Below are positions 24,966 through 36,484 of a stretch of 64,000 nucleotides of DNA, piece by piece. The position numbers were made by a program, and so were the translations under genes. The notes under the pieces are model-generated. The model saw nothing but the letters and a program-made list of their open reading frames with translations, was not told the DNA's origin and searched no databases. Source of the DNA: Takakia lepidozioides (lineage: Eukaryota; Plantae; Bryophyta). Location of the stretch: the NCBI GenBank assembly GCA_030704615.1, contig CM060733.1, positions 45,322,001-45,386,000 on the forward strand, given 5' to 3'. Position 1 is the stretch's first letter, and each line of letters starts with the position of its first letter.

Positions 24966-27620
24966 TCACCAGTAATCCCCACAAGAACAAATCCCGCCTT
25001 GGAAGTGGTGAAAGCGGGTGGCATCCCGCACCACAACTGTTCGCCCAACAATCTTAGAGATAAACTTGGTGGCAGTGTGGCAGTCACCACAAACCCGAAG
25101 ATTCTTGATGACACGTATAGGCATCCCAGGAGGTGTGCTAATGAGCCCAAAAGCAATGGCCAGCTTCTCACTGTGGTGGCAAAGTGAAAATTCCTTTTGC
25201 TCCTCCTCCACATCATGCAATATGAAGTCTGTGTCAGGCACGTACCCAGCCTCTTCCATCTGCCCAGACAACCTCTCCAGCTCAGCATGAATTTCTTCAA
25301 TTCGTGGATGCAATTTGTCTTCTACAGTGAATGTATGCAACTGGTCATTAACCTCAATGCAGCTGCACCCTGGGTCCTTTTTAACACCTCTGTCCTCCAT
25401 AACCCTTCTCACCTTAGCTTTATCATCCCACCTGCCAGCCGCCCCATAGATATTCGATAGCAGCACATAAGTTGCAGCATCCTCTGGATCCCACTTGAGA
25501 AGAGATTTTGCCGCGAGTTCTGCTAGTTCGACATCGCCATGAATTCGACAGGCACCAAGCAAGGCCCCCCACACCGATCCATCGGGTTCAGTTGGCATAC
25601 TGTTAATGAAGTCCTTTGCCTCATCCAATTGCCCTGCACGGCCAAGAAGGTCCACCATGCAGCCAAAATGCTCAAATGTAGGAGTCAGGCCATGATCTTG
25701 ACTTATGGAATTGAAGTAGTGACGGCCTTCATCCACCAGGCCGACATGGCTGCATGCAGTGAGAAGAGCTGTAAAGGTGATTGTGTCCGGCTTCAAGCCC
25801 TCCTGTTGCATAAGTTCAAATTGTTGGAGGACCTCCCCACTACACCCATGCTGAGCATATCCTACAATCATTGCATTCCAGGAAGCCACATCTCGGTTAG
25901 CCATATTGTCAAATACTTGCCACGCATTCCTCATGCTTCCGCATTTGGAATACATGTCAACAAGGGCAGTCTCCAGAATGATATCTCGCGCAATCCCAGC
26001 TTGGATGATGTGACAATGGATCTCTCGGCCCTTTTCCAGGGCTGCCAGGCTGGCACATGCATTGAGAACAGAAATGAAAGTGACCTTGTTTGGCATCACA
26101 CTTTCCTGTACCATTTGCTCATAGATATCAAATGCCTCCCTACCACACCCTTGCTGTGCATATCCTGCTATCATTGCACTCCAGGAGACCACATCTCGAT
26201 GACCCATTTTGTCAAACAGTTGACGCGCATCCTTTATGCTGCCACATTTGGCATACATGTCAATAAGGGCAGTCTCCAGAACGATATCTTGCACAATTCC
26301 AGCTTTGATGATGTCAGCATGGACCTCTTTGCCCTTTTCTAGGGCTGCCAGGATGGCACACCCATTCAGAACAGAAATGAAAGTGACCTTGTTCGGCATC
26401 ACCCTTTTCCGTATCATTTGCTCATATATATCCAACGCTTCCCTACCACACCCCTGTTGAGCATATCCTGCTATCATCGCACTCCATGACACTACATCTT
26501 TCTTAACCATATTGTCGAACACTTGACGTGCATCCTTCATGCTGCCACACTTGGCATACATGTCGACGAGGGTATTCTGCAGAATGATGTCTGGAGAAAT
26601 TCCACTTTCCCTGATGTCTGTATGAACTTCTTTGCCCTTCTCAAGAGCTCCTAGGCCAGCACAGGCCCTGAGGATGCAAGTGAAAGTGACCCCGTTGGGC
26701 GTCTCGCCTTCTTGTTGCATTTGTTCATATATCTCAACAGCCTCCCGACCACATCCATGCTGAGCGTATCCCCCAATCATCGCGCTCCATGAGACCACAT
26801 TTCGTTTCCCCATATTGTTGAACACTTTTCGTGCATGTTTTACACTCCCACATTTGGCATACATGTCAACAAGGGCAGTCTCGAGAAAGATGTCTGGAAC
26901 AACTCCAGCTGTAATGATGCCGGCATGGATATCTTTGCCCTTCTCGAGGGTGCCCAGACTGGCACACGCATTGAGAACGCAAATAAACGACACCCTGTTG
27001 GGTTTCAGCCCTTCCAGTTGCATTTGCTCAAAAATCCTCAAAGCCTCACTTCCACACCCATGCTTGGTATATCCTGCTATCATTATATTAAACGTAGCCA
27101 TATCCCGTTCCGGCATTCTGTCAAACACTTGGCGTGCATTCACCACGCTTCCGCACTTGGCATACATGTTCACAAGAGTATTGAAGAGAAAAACGTTTGG
27201 CTGAAATCCTCTTTGAATAATGTGGGCATGCACCTGCTTTCCCTCCGCTAGGCCTTTCGTGTTGATGCACTCCTGCAAAACACAGACATACATATTGGAG
27301 TCTGCCTGAATGCCTTGTTGGTTCAAAATGTGCAAAGCGTCTTTCAGCCGTCCTGCCTTACATAAAGTCCTCACATCCCCACTGTTGCCCCCTGAAGAAT
27401 TTCTGTCAATTCCATCTGTGAGTCTTTCAGACCAGGCTGATTGTAGGTGATACTTGCATCGTATGAGGTCATCTAATTTAGCTCGACTGTAGGATTCCCA
27501 TGTTGTACGTCCGATGCTCTGAGTGAAATGACTTGGTCGATCCTCCCTTGAATTATCTGAAGCGACCCGCTGACAACGGACACGCACAGTCAGTTGCTGG
27601 ACATCGACAATCCCTCTCAT
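24966..27620 (-). CDS. PLS-class PPR protein with E1-E2-DYW domain
   Basis: Intronless ORF with 17 motifs ((LSP)4 L S P2 L2 S2), PGCSCIEV, HHSEKLAIAFG, KNLRVCGDCH, CSCGDYW. First ATG at 27620; the ORF is open to 27749. Confidence 0.93.
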   Translation of the reverse strand: MRGIVDVQQLTVRVRCQRVASDNSREDRPSHFTQSIGRTTWESYSRAKLDDLIRCKYHLQSAWSERLTDGIDRNSSGGNSGDVRTLCKAGRLKDALHILNQQGIQADSNMYVCVLQECINTKGLAEGKQVHAHIIQRGFQPNVFLFNTLVNMYAKCGSVVNARQVFDRMPERDMATFNIMIAGYTKHGCGSEALRIFEQMQLEGLKPNRVSFICVLNACASLGTLEKGKDIHAGIITAGVVPDIFLETALVDMYAKCGSVKHARKVFNNMGKRNVVSWSAMIGGYAQHGCGREAVEIYEQMQQEGETPNGVTFTCILRACAGLGALEKGKEVHTDIRESGISPDIILQNTLVDMYAKCGSMKDARQVFDNMVKKDVVSWSAMIAGYAQQGCGREALDIYEQMIRKRVMPNKVTFISVLNGCAILAALEKGKEVHADIIKAGIVQDIVLETALIDMYAKCGSIKDARQLFDKMGHRDVVSWSAMIAGYAQQGCGREAFDIYEQMVQESVMPNKVTFISVLNACASLAALEKGREIHCHIIQAGIARDIILETALVDMYSKCGSMRNAWQVFDNMANRDVASWNAMIVGYAQHGCSGEVLQQFELMQQEGLKPDTITFTALLTACSHVGLVDEGRHYFNSISQDHGLTPTFEHFGCMVDLLGRAGQLDEAKDFINSMPTEPDGSVWGALLGACRIHGDVELAELAAKSLLKWDPEDAATYVLLSNIYGAAGRWDDKAKVRRVMEDRGVKKDPGCSCIEVNDQLHTFTVEDKLHPRIEEIHAELERLSGQMEEAGYVPDTDFILHDVEEEQKEFSLCHHSEKLAIAFGLISTPPGMPIRVIKNLRVCGDCHTATKFISKIVGRTVVVRDATRFHHFQGGICSCGDYW

Positions 27621-29679
27621 TCTGCCTGGGAGACTTTGCACTGGCTTGATTTCACATCCTCTCCAAAACTCCTCAGCGCTCTCCGATCTGTTGGGTGTTT
27701 GTGGTGTTTGTGGCCTGCCTGTGCATAACCTGGGTGATCCTGGCTTCAATCCTTCCGACGTCCATTGGGCTCGAAGGCATGTGCGTTAAACACATTTTCA
27801 CTTGAACTTCTAATTTTTTTCCACCAGGGCAATGGCCTGTACTGGTAAGTTCATAAACGAACGTGCCTATCTCAGGAGGCCGTTACCTATAGAATATACT
27901 TTAAGGGAAGTGTAGTTAGAAGGAAGCCTGGCTGGTATGCAAAGAGGCACCAACATACAGAGGAGCCCGCAGGCACGATGAACACATCACAAAGAGATGA
28001 ACACACATCCCACACCCAAAGTACACCAGTCCCGAAAGATCCTTTATTCATAATCTCAACAAGTGATTTATACTCAGAACCCCAGGCTCAGCCTTGCAAG
28101 CAAATCAAATAAAAAGGCGGGGGATGATAAGTTGCACTGAAGGTCAGACGGCCAGGATGCAATAGCAAAACAGGCCCACTCAGGTACCATAGGCTACAGG
28201 AATTGTACCCGGGAGAAAAGGGTCCTAAGAAACGCCACTGTATAGAGATTCAACCTAGTGCAAAGGAGCTAAGGACGCAGAGCAGATGCCCACAAACAAC
28301 ACAACCCAATTCTTGTGAGTTCAGAAAAACTGCACCGGAGGAATTGTCCGGACCGCGGTCACAAGGGGACGGTGGCAGCTTTGGCTGCAGACACCGAAAT
28401 GGCTTCCGCGAAGGACCCGTGCTAACCCAAGAATACTCTACCCGCGCGGCAGCATCGCATTCCAGGCAGAGCTGCTATGATCCAGCCAATGAAGGCAACT
28501 CTTCCATGGAAAGCACGTCACAGCATTGCAGCGATATCCGGCAACAAGGATGCCATCCTCAAGAGAGCTGCCTCCACTCTCGTGAACTTGACACGGCTCG
28601 AAAACCACAGGCTTTCCCCACAAGGATCTCCCAGGCACTGATTTGAATGTTGTTGCTGGACCAACCACCCAGCCCGCCATGCAATTGCCTTACTCAACCA
28701 CTTGCTACATTTGCGTCAAGCCCATCCCACAAAATCTCCGCTCACCCACAATGATCCATTTCCAAAATCCCTGACAGCATCACTTCCTTGCACTTGCATG
28801 AGCATCCGCCCAGCTCGGTGGCTTCCTCCGACCCTCTCTCGCGCACTCTTTATACACTAAGACAAAACTCAGAAAACACTCACAACAGGGAGGACCTGAA
28901 GACCCTTTCCCAGGTTTTGGGATTTTTCTATCAGATGTTCAAATACCTTATGTTTCCTGTAAATAAAGCCATACAGGATCCTTACAGTTTGTCCAGTACG
29001 ATCGTTCTAATTTGGTTTCTTAGCCTCTGTCATGGCTTCAAGGGTCCTTCCTCTACGGTTCTCTCTGCCTCCTTCTAGGGGTTTTGGTATGGCATGGTCA
29101 AAAGGAAGAGGGCGAATTTGCAGTGCTGAAGTAACATCCAAACACTTTGTAAGCCTTCTCATGGAAAGCATGCACCATCATGGGTGTGTACTCCGAAGGC
29201 TTGAGTGCATGACTAGTTTGTTGAATCCTATGGGAGAGGCAAGCGAAGGTATATGTCATTCACTTCGCTGAAAATTCTTGGCTTTGGGGTTTGTTCTCGG
29301 AATTGCAGGGAGGCATATCTAACAGGGAAACGGTTGTGCTGAAAATTATGTTCAAGCTTACATCAACTGTCCCTGTATAATCTCAGATTTGTGTACCCAA
29401 GCTCCAAGCTGATCATAGAAAACCAACCTCATCTAACCTTTCATTGTGTTCAATAAGCTGACCTAATACACGGCCTTGATGTAGTTTCCTTTCAGGTACA
29501 AGCACACACATGGGCTAAGAGGAAAACCAACTTCATCATTATGGCTCCACTCAATTTATCATGCATTCAAGCATTTTTGTTGTTGTTCCACAAGTCTTTT
29601 GTCCTTCCTTCAGTAGAGATGGCAAGGGTACTACACATAGTATCTCCATGGTTCAAAGCTCCTTGGTGAAGAGCTAATA

Positions 29680-29810
29680 AGACATTCTGGAAGTGTGAAA
29701 GAAGTGTTGGACAAAATGACTAAACGGGATGTAGTTGCATAGAGTGCAATGATGCCAGTATACTAATGTTTGGTACTGGTTAGGAGGCTTTCAAGAGTTA
29801 TGAGCACATA
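29680..29810 (+). pseudogene. Highly decayed PPR S-P motif relic
   Basis: GSVKEVLDKMTKRDVVA*SAMM...EAFKSYEH, with stops and frameshifts. Confidence 0.5.
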
Positions 29811-30038
29811 AGGGACCACCAACTCCATCACATCAATATGCAGGCTGCATATTCTAATCTTGCCCCACCACAACTTTTGAGAAAAAACAACTTTTGAGAA
29901 AAAATTCTCTTTCGAAGTAAACACGTGCACCATGGCTCATGGCAGCCCAGCAAGGAAAGGGAAAAAAGAAGCCATACAACCCGGTTTCTTGCACTCTGAT
30001 GGAATTGGAACATGTTCTAAAACAAAAGAACAACTTGT

Positions 30039-31145
30039 CTAGACTTGTGCACCAAAACTAAGACCGCCAACCAAACCCTTAAGCTGGTGAAGGTCTCGCC
30101 GGGCCCTCGTTTGTAGATCAAGTGTTAGTGGAAGTCCAGTGGATGTCCATGTGTGTTGCTTCATGTCATATATCACAACTGCTTCATGGGGTCTGCTCCA
30201 TATGAATAAGAGATTGTCATGGCTCACCACTTGAAAATAGTCCATGTTGCCCCTAGGAGTTCCTGCAATCTCAGTTCTTGCAATCTCCAGCCACTCTGCA
30301 CTCGTTGTAGAAACTTTGAACTCCCACACACAGACTGTCGGTGCGACGTGAATTTCATGGAGAGGCGCCCCAACTAGCAACAGGCGCCCCTCACTCTCTA
30401 CAAGGCGACAATACCAACCAAGTTCATCAAAGTCAGGCATCCGTACATCAACTTGCGTCCACACACGGCTGCCAATGACACAAGCCATCACATGGTGGCC
30501 TTTCTCTTGTGTAAAAAATAGAGCAAAGACAGTAGGGCCACATATCACACTTCCTGAACAACGCGGAAAGGTTACTGAGGATATGCAGTTTCCAGTCTCG
30601 GTCCAACACTCGCAAGTTGAGTCATAGATGTGTGTTCTCCAACCTCCGTCGTCAGTGCTTGACATCACAAGGACCATGTAGGTGTTGCTGCATCTATCCA
30701 CAATCATATTCACCCTTGCCACGTAGAAATGTGTTGAAATGTGAGGCAGGGCAAGCAATTGTCTGGAAGTGTTCAACAGAGGATTGTACACACTGCATGA
30801 TGAGTCATAGTCGCCCTCGCCCGTTACGCAAAATAAGCCTCCATCTGCAGCACGAACTTTGTTTCGACAATTATCCCCCGGGAGTTTGAGGCCGATCTTG
30901 TCCCACCGTCGAGTTGTGGGGGCATACAACATTCTACATTGGCCTTTGTAACTGTCAAAAAACAAGAGATAGGAGTCTTGGTGAAGAGGGAGGTGCTGAC
31001 AGAGTTGTTGGAAACAAGCAGTGGATGGGAGGGAGTTCCACAACTTGCACACCGACTTAAAGCGGGCCAGACTTCGATACGGCAACCAAGCCGACACTAG
31101 CATCACTAACTCCAAAGGGAGTCTGCTCCAAATCTCCTCCTCCAT
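30039..31145 (-). CDS. F-box protein with kelch-like/FBA beta-propeller, 368 aa
   Basis: MEEEIWSRLPLELVMLVSAWLPYRSLARFKSVCKLWNSL F-box, followed by AADGGLFC, VYNPL, THIYDSTCECWT, RLVESEGRLLLVG, VCVWE...WLEIAR; uninterrupted ORF. Confidence 0.88.
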   Translation of the reverse strand: MEEEIWSRLPLELVMLVSAWLPYRSLARFKSVCKLWNSLPSTACFQQLCQHLPLHQDSYLLFFDSYKGQCRMLYAPTTRRWDKIGLKLPGDNCRNKVRAADGGLFCVTGEGDYDSSCSVYNPLLNTSRQLLALPHISTHFYVARVNMIVDRCSNTYMVLVMSSTDDGGWRTHIYDSTCECWTETGNCISSVTFPRCSGSVICGPTVFALFFTQEKGHHVMACVIGSRVWTQVDVRMPDFDELGWYCRLVESEGRLLLVGAPLHEIHVAPTVCVWEFKVSTTSAEWLEIARTEIAGTPRGNMDYFQVVSHDNLLFIWSRPHEAVVIYDMKQHTWTSTGLPLTLDLQTRARRDLHQLKGLVGGLSFGAQV

Positions 31146-32329
31146 CTTGCCCACCCACAAAACCTCTCTAATGCCTTCTTGCGATCCTAACACGGAGCTT
31201 GGGAAAAGAGACCAACTCCCATTCACTGATGAAGAATCTCATTCTTCATCAAAGTCATCTGCCATCTCTTGCTTCAACAATCCATTACTCTCTCCTCCCA
31301 CGCTCTCACCTGTGTCTGGGAAACAGATTTCTACATCGGATCCTCAGCACTAGCTTCACTAATTAGTCACTCGTCGTATGACAGCTGCTGCTTATGGCGG
31401 CCGGGACATAGGGTTTAAGTTATTGTCTATATTATTCTCACTCTCGAAATCGGCGCCTCCACTGTCTTCACTTTAGCAGCTCTTCAGACATAACCGGCTG
31501 TTTGAAGCATCTCGATGACGTGGCTCTCTTCCATTGGATCAGAGCACACTGGATACATAGGGAGATAATAGGAATAATGTAAGAACTTAATGGACACGTG
31601 TGATCTGACGGTACTTTCGCCGGATTCCGGCAGCCTGGGCTCCTCCGGCAGCGGCCCTGTCAAATCCTCCCCACCCCCTCTTACCTCGGTTTCCCTATTT
31701 CTAGCGACAAGAGAAGGTCGGAAGCTAGTTTAGCATAGAGCAGGAATAGGGTGCCATAGTGCCACGTCATCATCACCACGTTTCGTCGCCATGTCATCAT
31801 AGACACATCATCGTAGCCAGGTCATCGTCGTCATCAATTTCGCCCGGACTGCCCGCCCAAAATATGCCAATAGAAATCGTCGCGCCAACTTTTTCGAGAC
31901 TGCCCGCAATGCCCGGATCTTGATCTTCTTGAACTGCAGGAGCTCTGCGATTTCCGCCATCGTTCACCTTGCAAGCTGCAAGCTCTCAACGAATTGAGGA
32001 AATCCATGCTGAGGTAGATTGTCTTGGCAGATGAAGGATCAAGCATAGAAATGTCTTAATGTGGCTTTCGACATTGGGTGAGCCAGTGAGGGTTGTAAAG
32101 TTCAAGAATTTGAGTGATACAGAAATGGAAAACAACTGGATGGTGAACGCTATGGAGAAGTGTAGTGGAGGGGATCTGTCATGGAGAAGGTATTTACTGA
32201 AGTTGAGGTCTTGTGGATAGAACTCACATTGAAGTGAGAAAAGAAAAACTGAAAACTGAACAGAACTGTTTGACTCTGATTGCAATGGCCTTCATTTCAG
32301 AGTTGGTTTGAAGTCAAGTTTGACATAGG

Positions 32330-34147
32330 CTGCAGGGGTGCGGGATGGAGGCTTTGGAGACCTATGAGCAAATGATGGGGGAAGGGGTGAAGCCCGACCA
32401 CATCACGTTTGTATGTGTTTGCAATGCGTGTGCTGGAAAAGGGCAAAGAGGTGCATGGTTGCATCGCCAAAGTTGGAATTGTACATACTGAACCATACCC
32501 TCGTGGACATGTATGCCAAATGTGGGAGCATTGAGGATGCGGAGGGATGTTCAACAATATGCTTGAACGACGTCGCGTGACAGGTGGTGTGCTTGAAGTG
32601 TTCGAGATTCAGCAATGCTTGCTAGAGGCAAAGTTGTCATGCATCTCTATTCAATGACAAAGTGGTGAGGGCATCTTCTTCTTAGACCTATATCAACCTG
32701 TTTTGCCCTCTCATCAGACTCGGCCTGAGATGCATATTGAATTTTGTCAGTTAGCTCGTTAGCTCGGAGCAAGGATAGAGTGTGAGTCCAGATTCATCCA
32801 AGAGGCCAGATTTCAAGCACAAGAGTATCTGTGATTCCATGTGGATCGATAACTACAAGAAACCTGCATGGGTAGATGGTCAACTGGAAGCCGCAGAAGC
32901 AACGGCACAATTGATAAAATAAGGCATTGCTAATCAAGGCACCTTCTTCAACACATTTCACCCAGTTTTTCCCTCACAACAGGAAAACAGCCAAAAATAG
33001 GTAACAGAGATGAGGAGAAGCTGTGGAATGAATACTTTTTTTACCACATAACGTTTGTGTGCGTGTGCAAGCCTGGCAGCCCTAGAAAAGGGCAAAGAGG
33101 TCCATGGTTGCATCGTCAAAGTTGGAAATGTACCAAATGTAATTTTGAACAATACCTTTGTGGACATGTATGCCAAATGTGGAGGGAGTGTTCAACAATA
33201 TGGCTGAATCTACCGTTTTGCCCTCTCATCAGACTCGGCCCTGAGATGCATATTGAATTCTGTAAGTTAGCTCGTTGGGTATATCTGTGGTGGTTAGGAG
33301 TGACTTTGACTTTGGCAGCAGGAAAGTATCCAAAAACAGATAACATAGATGAGGAAAAGCATGTTGATTTTTGTTTGCATTTGCAATGCGTGTGCAAGCC
33401 TGGCAGCCCTGGAAAGGTGCAATGAGGTCCATGGTGACATCGTCAAAGCTGATTTGTACCAGATGTCATCCTGAACACAGCCCTGCTAGACATGTATGTC
33501 AAATGTGAGTGCATCGAGGATGCAAGGGGAGTTTTCGACAGTATGGCTGAAAGAAATGTGGTGTCGTGGAGGGCGATGATTGCAGGATATGCACAGCAAG
33601 GGGCGGGATGAGCAAATGATGGGGGAAGGGGTGAAGCCCGACCGCATAACGTTTGTTTGCATTTGCAATGCGTGTGCAAGCCTGGCAACTCTGGAAAGGT
33701 GCAAAGTGGTCCATGGTGACATCGTCACATCTGGAATTGTATCCAATGTCATTCTGAACACTGCCCTGCTGGACATGTATGTCAAATGTGAGTGCATCGA
33801 GGATGCAAAGGGAGTTTTCGACAGTATGGCTGAAAGAGATGTGGTGTCATGAAGGGTGTTGATTGCAGAATATGCACAGCAAGGGCGTGGGATGGAGGCG
33901 TTGGAGACCTATGAGCAATTGATGTGTGAAGGGGTGAAGCCCAACCACATAACATTTGTGTGCATTTGCAATGCGTGTACAAGCCTGGCAACTTTGGAAA
34001 GGTGCAATGAGGTCCATGCATGTGACATCGTCAAAGCTGGATTTGTACCAGATATCATCCTGAACACTGCCATGCTGGACATGTATGTCAAATGTGAGTG
34101 CATCGAGGATGCAAAGGGAGTGTTCGACAGTATGGCTGAAAGAAATG
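32330..34147 (+). pseudogene. PLS-PPR pseudogene mosaic with tandemly duplicated P-L-S triplets (left part, split by the transposon)
   Basis: Repeated EALETYEQMMGEGVKPD..TFVCICNACASLA.LE...LNTALLDMYVKCECIEDA.GVFDSMAER with stops and frameshifts; near-identical units start at ~33374, ~33655 and ~33958. Confidence 0.88.
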
Positions 34148-34385
34148 CAACGACGCTACCGCGTGAGCCTGGCGCGTGAGCGTGTGAGCGTACGCTCACA
34201 CAACGATGACGTGGCATGAGCCTACGCTCGGGCAGCTGACGTGACGCCGATGCTGACGTGGCATGAGCCCGGTCGAGGTCATGCCACGTCACCACACAAA
34301 AAAAGTGGGCCTATAACCGCGGAGCCCCCAAATGCTGATTTCACCACATGAAGGTGAAACGGATGAAGGGTTTCGGGTTTTCCTG

Positions 34386-34627
34386 GAGTTCAACCTTCTG
34401 TTAACAGGAGCTTCATTTCCTAGAACTGAAATGAACGTTGTGTTAACACGAGGTTGTTTTCCTGGAACAAAAATCAACATCGTGTCAACACGAGGTTGAT
34501 TCGGATAACTTCATATCAACCTTGTGTTGACACGATGTTGTTTTCTTAGAACTAAAATCAACCTTGTGTCGACACAAGGGGGATTTGGAGAACTTCAAGT
34601 GAACCTCGTGTTAGCACGAGGTTGATT
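34386..34627. repeat. Six-unit array of a ~28-bp palindrome with an exact 42-bp period
   Basis: Central hexamers (GTYRAC-like) at 34400, 34442, 34484, 34526, 34568 and 34610. Confidence 0.9.
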
Positions 34628-34827
34628 TGATCATCTGTCTATCTGAAATTAGTTTCTTGTGTTTGCTAATGAAAACAGAATGACAAACCAATGCGACAAA
34701 TGCATTGACCCATGCATAGCAAAGATGTTAGACGACATATATTGAGAGACACTAGACTTGAACAGTCATTCCATTACAAGTTGTAGTCAAGGAAAACACA
34801 AATTTCTTCATGTCAAGTGCATGCTTT

Positions 34828-36484
34828 CTATGGGCTTGTATCCCGCTGTAGAAGTGTGTTGACTTCGTTGAAACTCATAGTGGCTTGGTGAATGAAGAAG
34901 TCGCGCTTTGGATCACAAACCATCCTTCTCAAGAAGACAAAGTAAAGGTGTTTGCACGATATGAACTTCCCTCTCTTTCCCAAACTACTTGAAAGCAGTC
35001 CTCCAACCGAATCCGATGCACACAGAATACGGCTTTCCAAAAAGGACTTGCTCGCCCCCATGGCAATTGCAGATGTGGTTCTAGTTGGATTGGTATCCAA
35101 CTCTTGCCTTATCAGATGCGAGATTGTCTCAACGCTCTCCTTGGAATCCCCCTTGGACACAGGGTGGTTGTAAAAACCAAAATGGATACAGGCTCTAGTC
35201 AAGGTTTTGAATCGATGCACCACATAGTACATTTTGGCGCCACACAATGCAAGGCAGCAAGGTGGTACCCTACAGAACTTGCACACAAAAGTGTTACTGT
35301 ATGATGGTGTCACCCCAGGCTTGAATGGATTCTCAGTGACACCATCCCATTCGCTTTGGTATTGCATACCTGACAGTGCGAAGTGTCTGCATTTCATGTT
35401 CTCGCATTTCAGGTGCCCATTACAGACTGTTCGCCTGAATATGAGGTTATCATGGTTGTGAATATTGGAGGTTTTTGTGCAGCACCAAGGGTGCCCATCG
35501 TGCTTTTTGTCCATTCCTTCCATGAGACTGGAAATGCCCCCCATGCGACCAGGAGGAGGCACCTCGAAAACAGTATTACCAGCAAAAGATTCCGGCAAGA
35601 ATGCCACCCTCTGGACATTGAAAGTGCTCCAGTCAATCCCCCTCAACTCACTCTTGAATCCTGCCATCCCACCCATGGCTTTCAGTTTAGGAATGACACT
35701 GGTGATCTCCTCCACATCTGCTTCCTGATCTGGACATGGCTGATCCACGGGCGACATTTCACAAGCGTCATCGGAGGATGAGTCCGAAAGCTCAACTACA
35801 GTGTTAACGGTACTTGACTCCTTCTTGACAACCACGGGTGTTTTCTCCTGGGCCACTGATGCTGCCGTGCCAGGAGTAAGGAACGATCCTGCAGACTGTC
35901 TCCGAGGAGAACTGAGCACCCTGTATCTGCCTGGAGGCACTCTCCATTGTGTGGTTGCTACAGTATGCGAAGGTTTTTGGAACGCGTACTTGAGCAGTTT
36001 TCCATTGGCATCGTACACTTCCCTCTCAAGGAATAGAGTTCCATTTTCTAACCGAAACTGCGTTGCGAGCACGTGTTCATGCACCACCGCAAAACTGTCA
36101 TCTTCCACCTCATAAAAAAATGGCACAGGGTGGTCCTCACTGAAGAAGTCCGCGTCAAGGGAATCTGTCAATGGTGCTTCAAAAAGCACAGTTCACAGTC
36201 CAATGTTGCTTCTGATGCAGGTTGTACTAGAGCGGAGTTTTTTGGCTGTATAGAAGACGTCCTTACACACAATTGTAGGTGTCGCTCCCGCATGCAGGTC
36301 TCCTAACGCGGTTCCGCACATCAAAGAAATGTGTCCCCATGCGAACCAAGTGAATGGTCACAGAGTGCCCAAATGCGGAGTGGATAATGTCAGCCCTAAT
36401 TAAAGAATCCAACTGTTTTTTCACAGGTGCCCCACCAGTGCATTGGACAACGAATTCCGCAAGTTTGACTGACAGAGCCGCCAT
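34828..36484 (-). pseudogene. Transposase remnant: GCM/WRKY-like Zn domain fused to the C-terminal half of a SWIM finger; no DDE domain
   Basis: DGHPW..TKTSN...FRRTVCNGHLKCEN.KC...CKFC...C..LC.A..Y...IHFGFYNHP (35161-35499) follows the GCM-fold Cys/His pattern; ...GKRGKFISCKHLYFVF (~34940-34980) is a SWIM CxH end. The 5' part (ATG 36484) is frameshifted relative to ORF 34828-36189. Confidence 0.65.

Noticed and set aside
25539-26342. Long plus-strand ORFs overlapping PPR and Harbinger genes (also 13155-13790, 7179-7844, 26815-27251)
   Set aside because: Antisense shadows of real coding sequence with no recognisable motifs.
13299-27620. U-to-C (DYW:KP / GRP-type) editing factors
   Set aside because: Both intact genes have a PG box, HSEKL and terminal DYW, i.e. 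the conventional C-to-U type.
34386-34627. CRISPR-like array (palindromic repeats at a fixed period)
   Set aside because: Spacers are only ~12-14 bp and resemble each other, the repeats are degenerate, the same motif recurs singly elsewhere in the element, there are no cas genes, and the context is eukaryotic.
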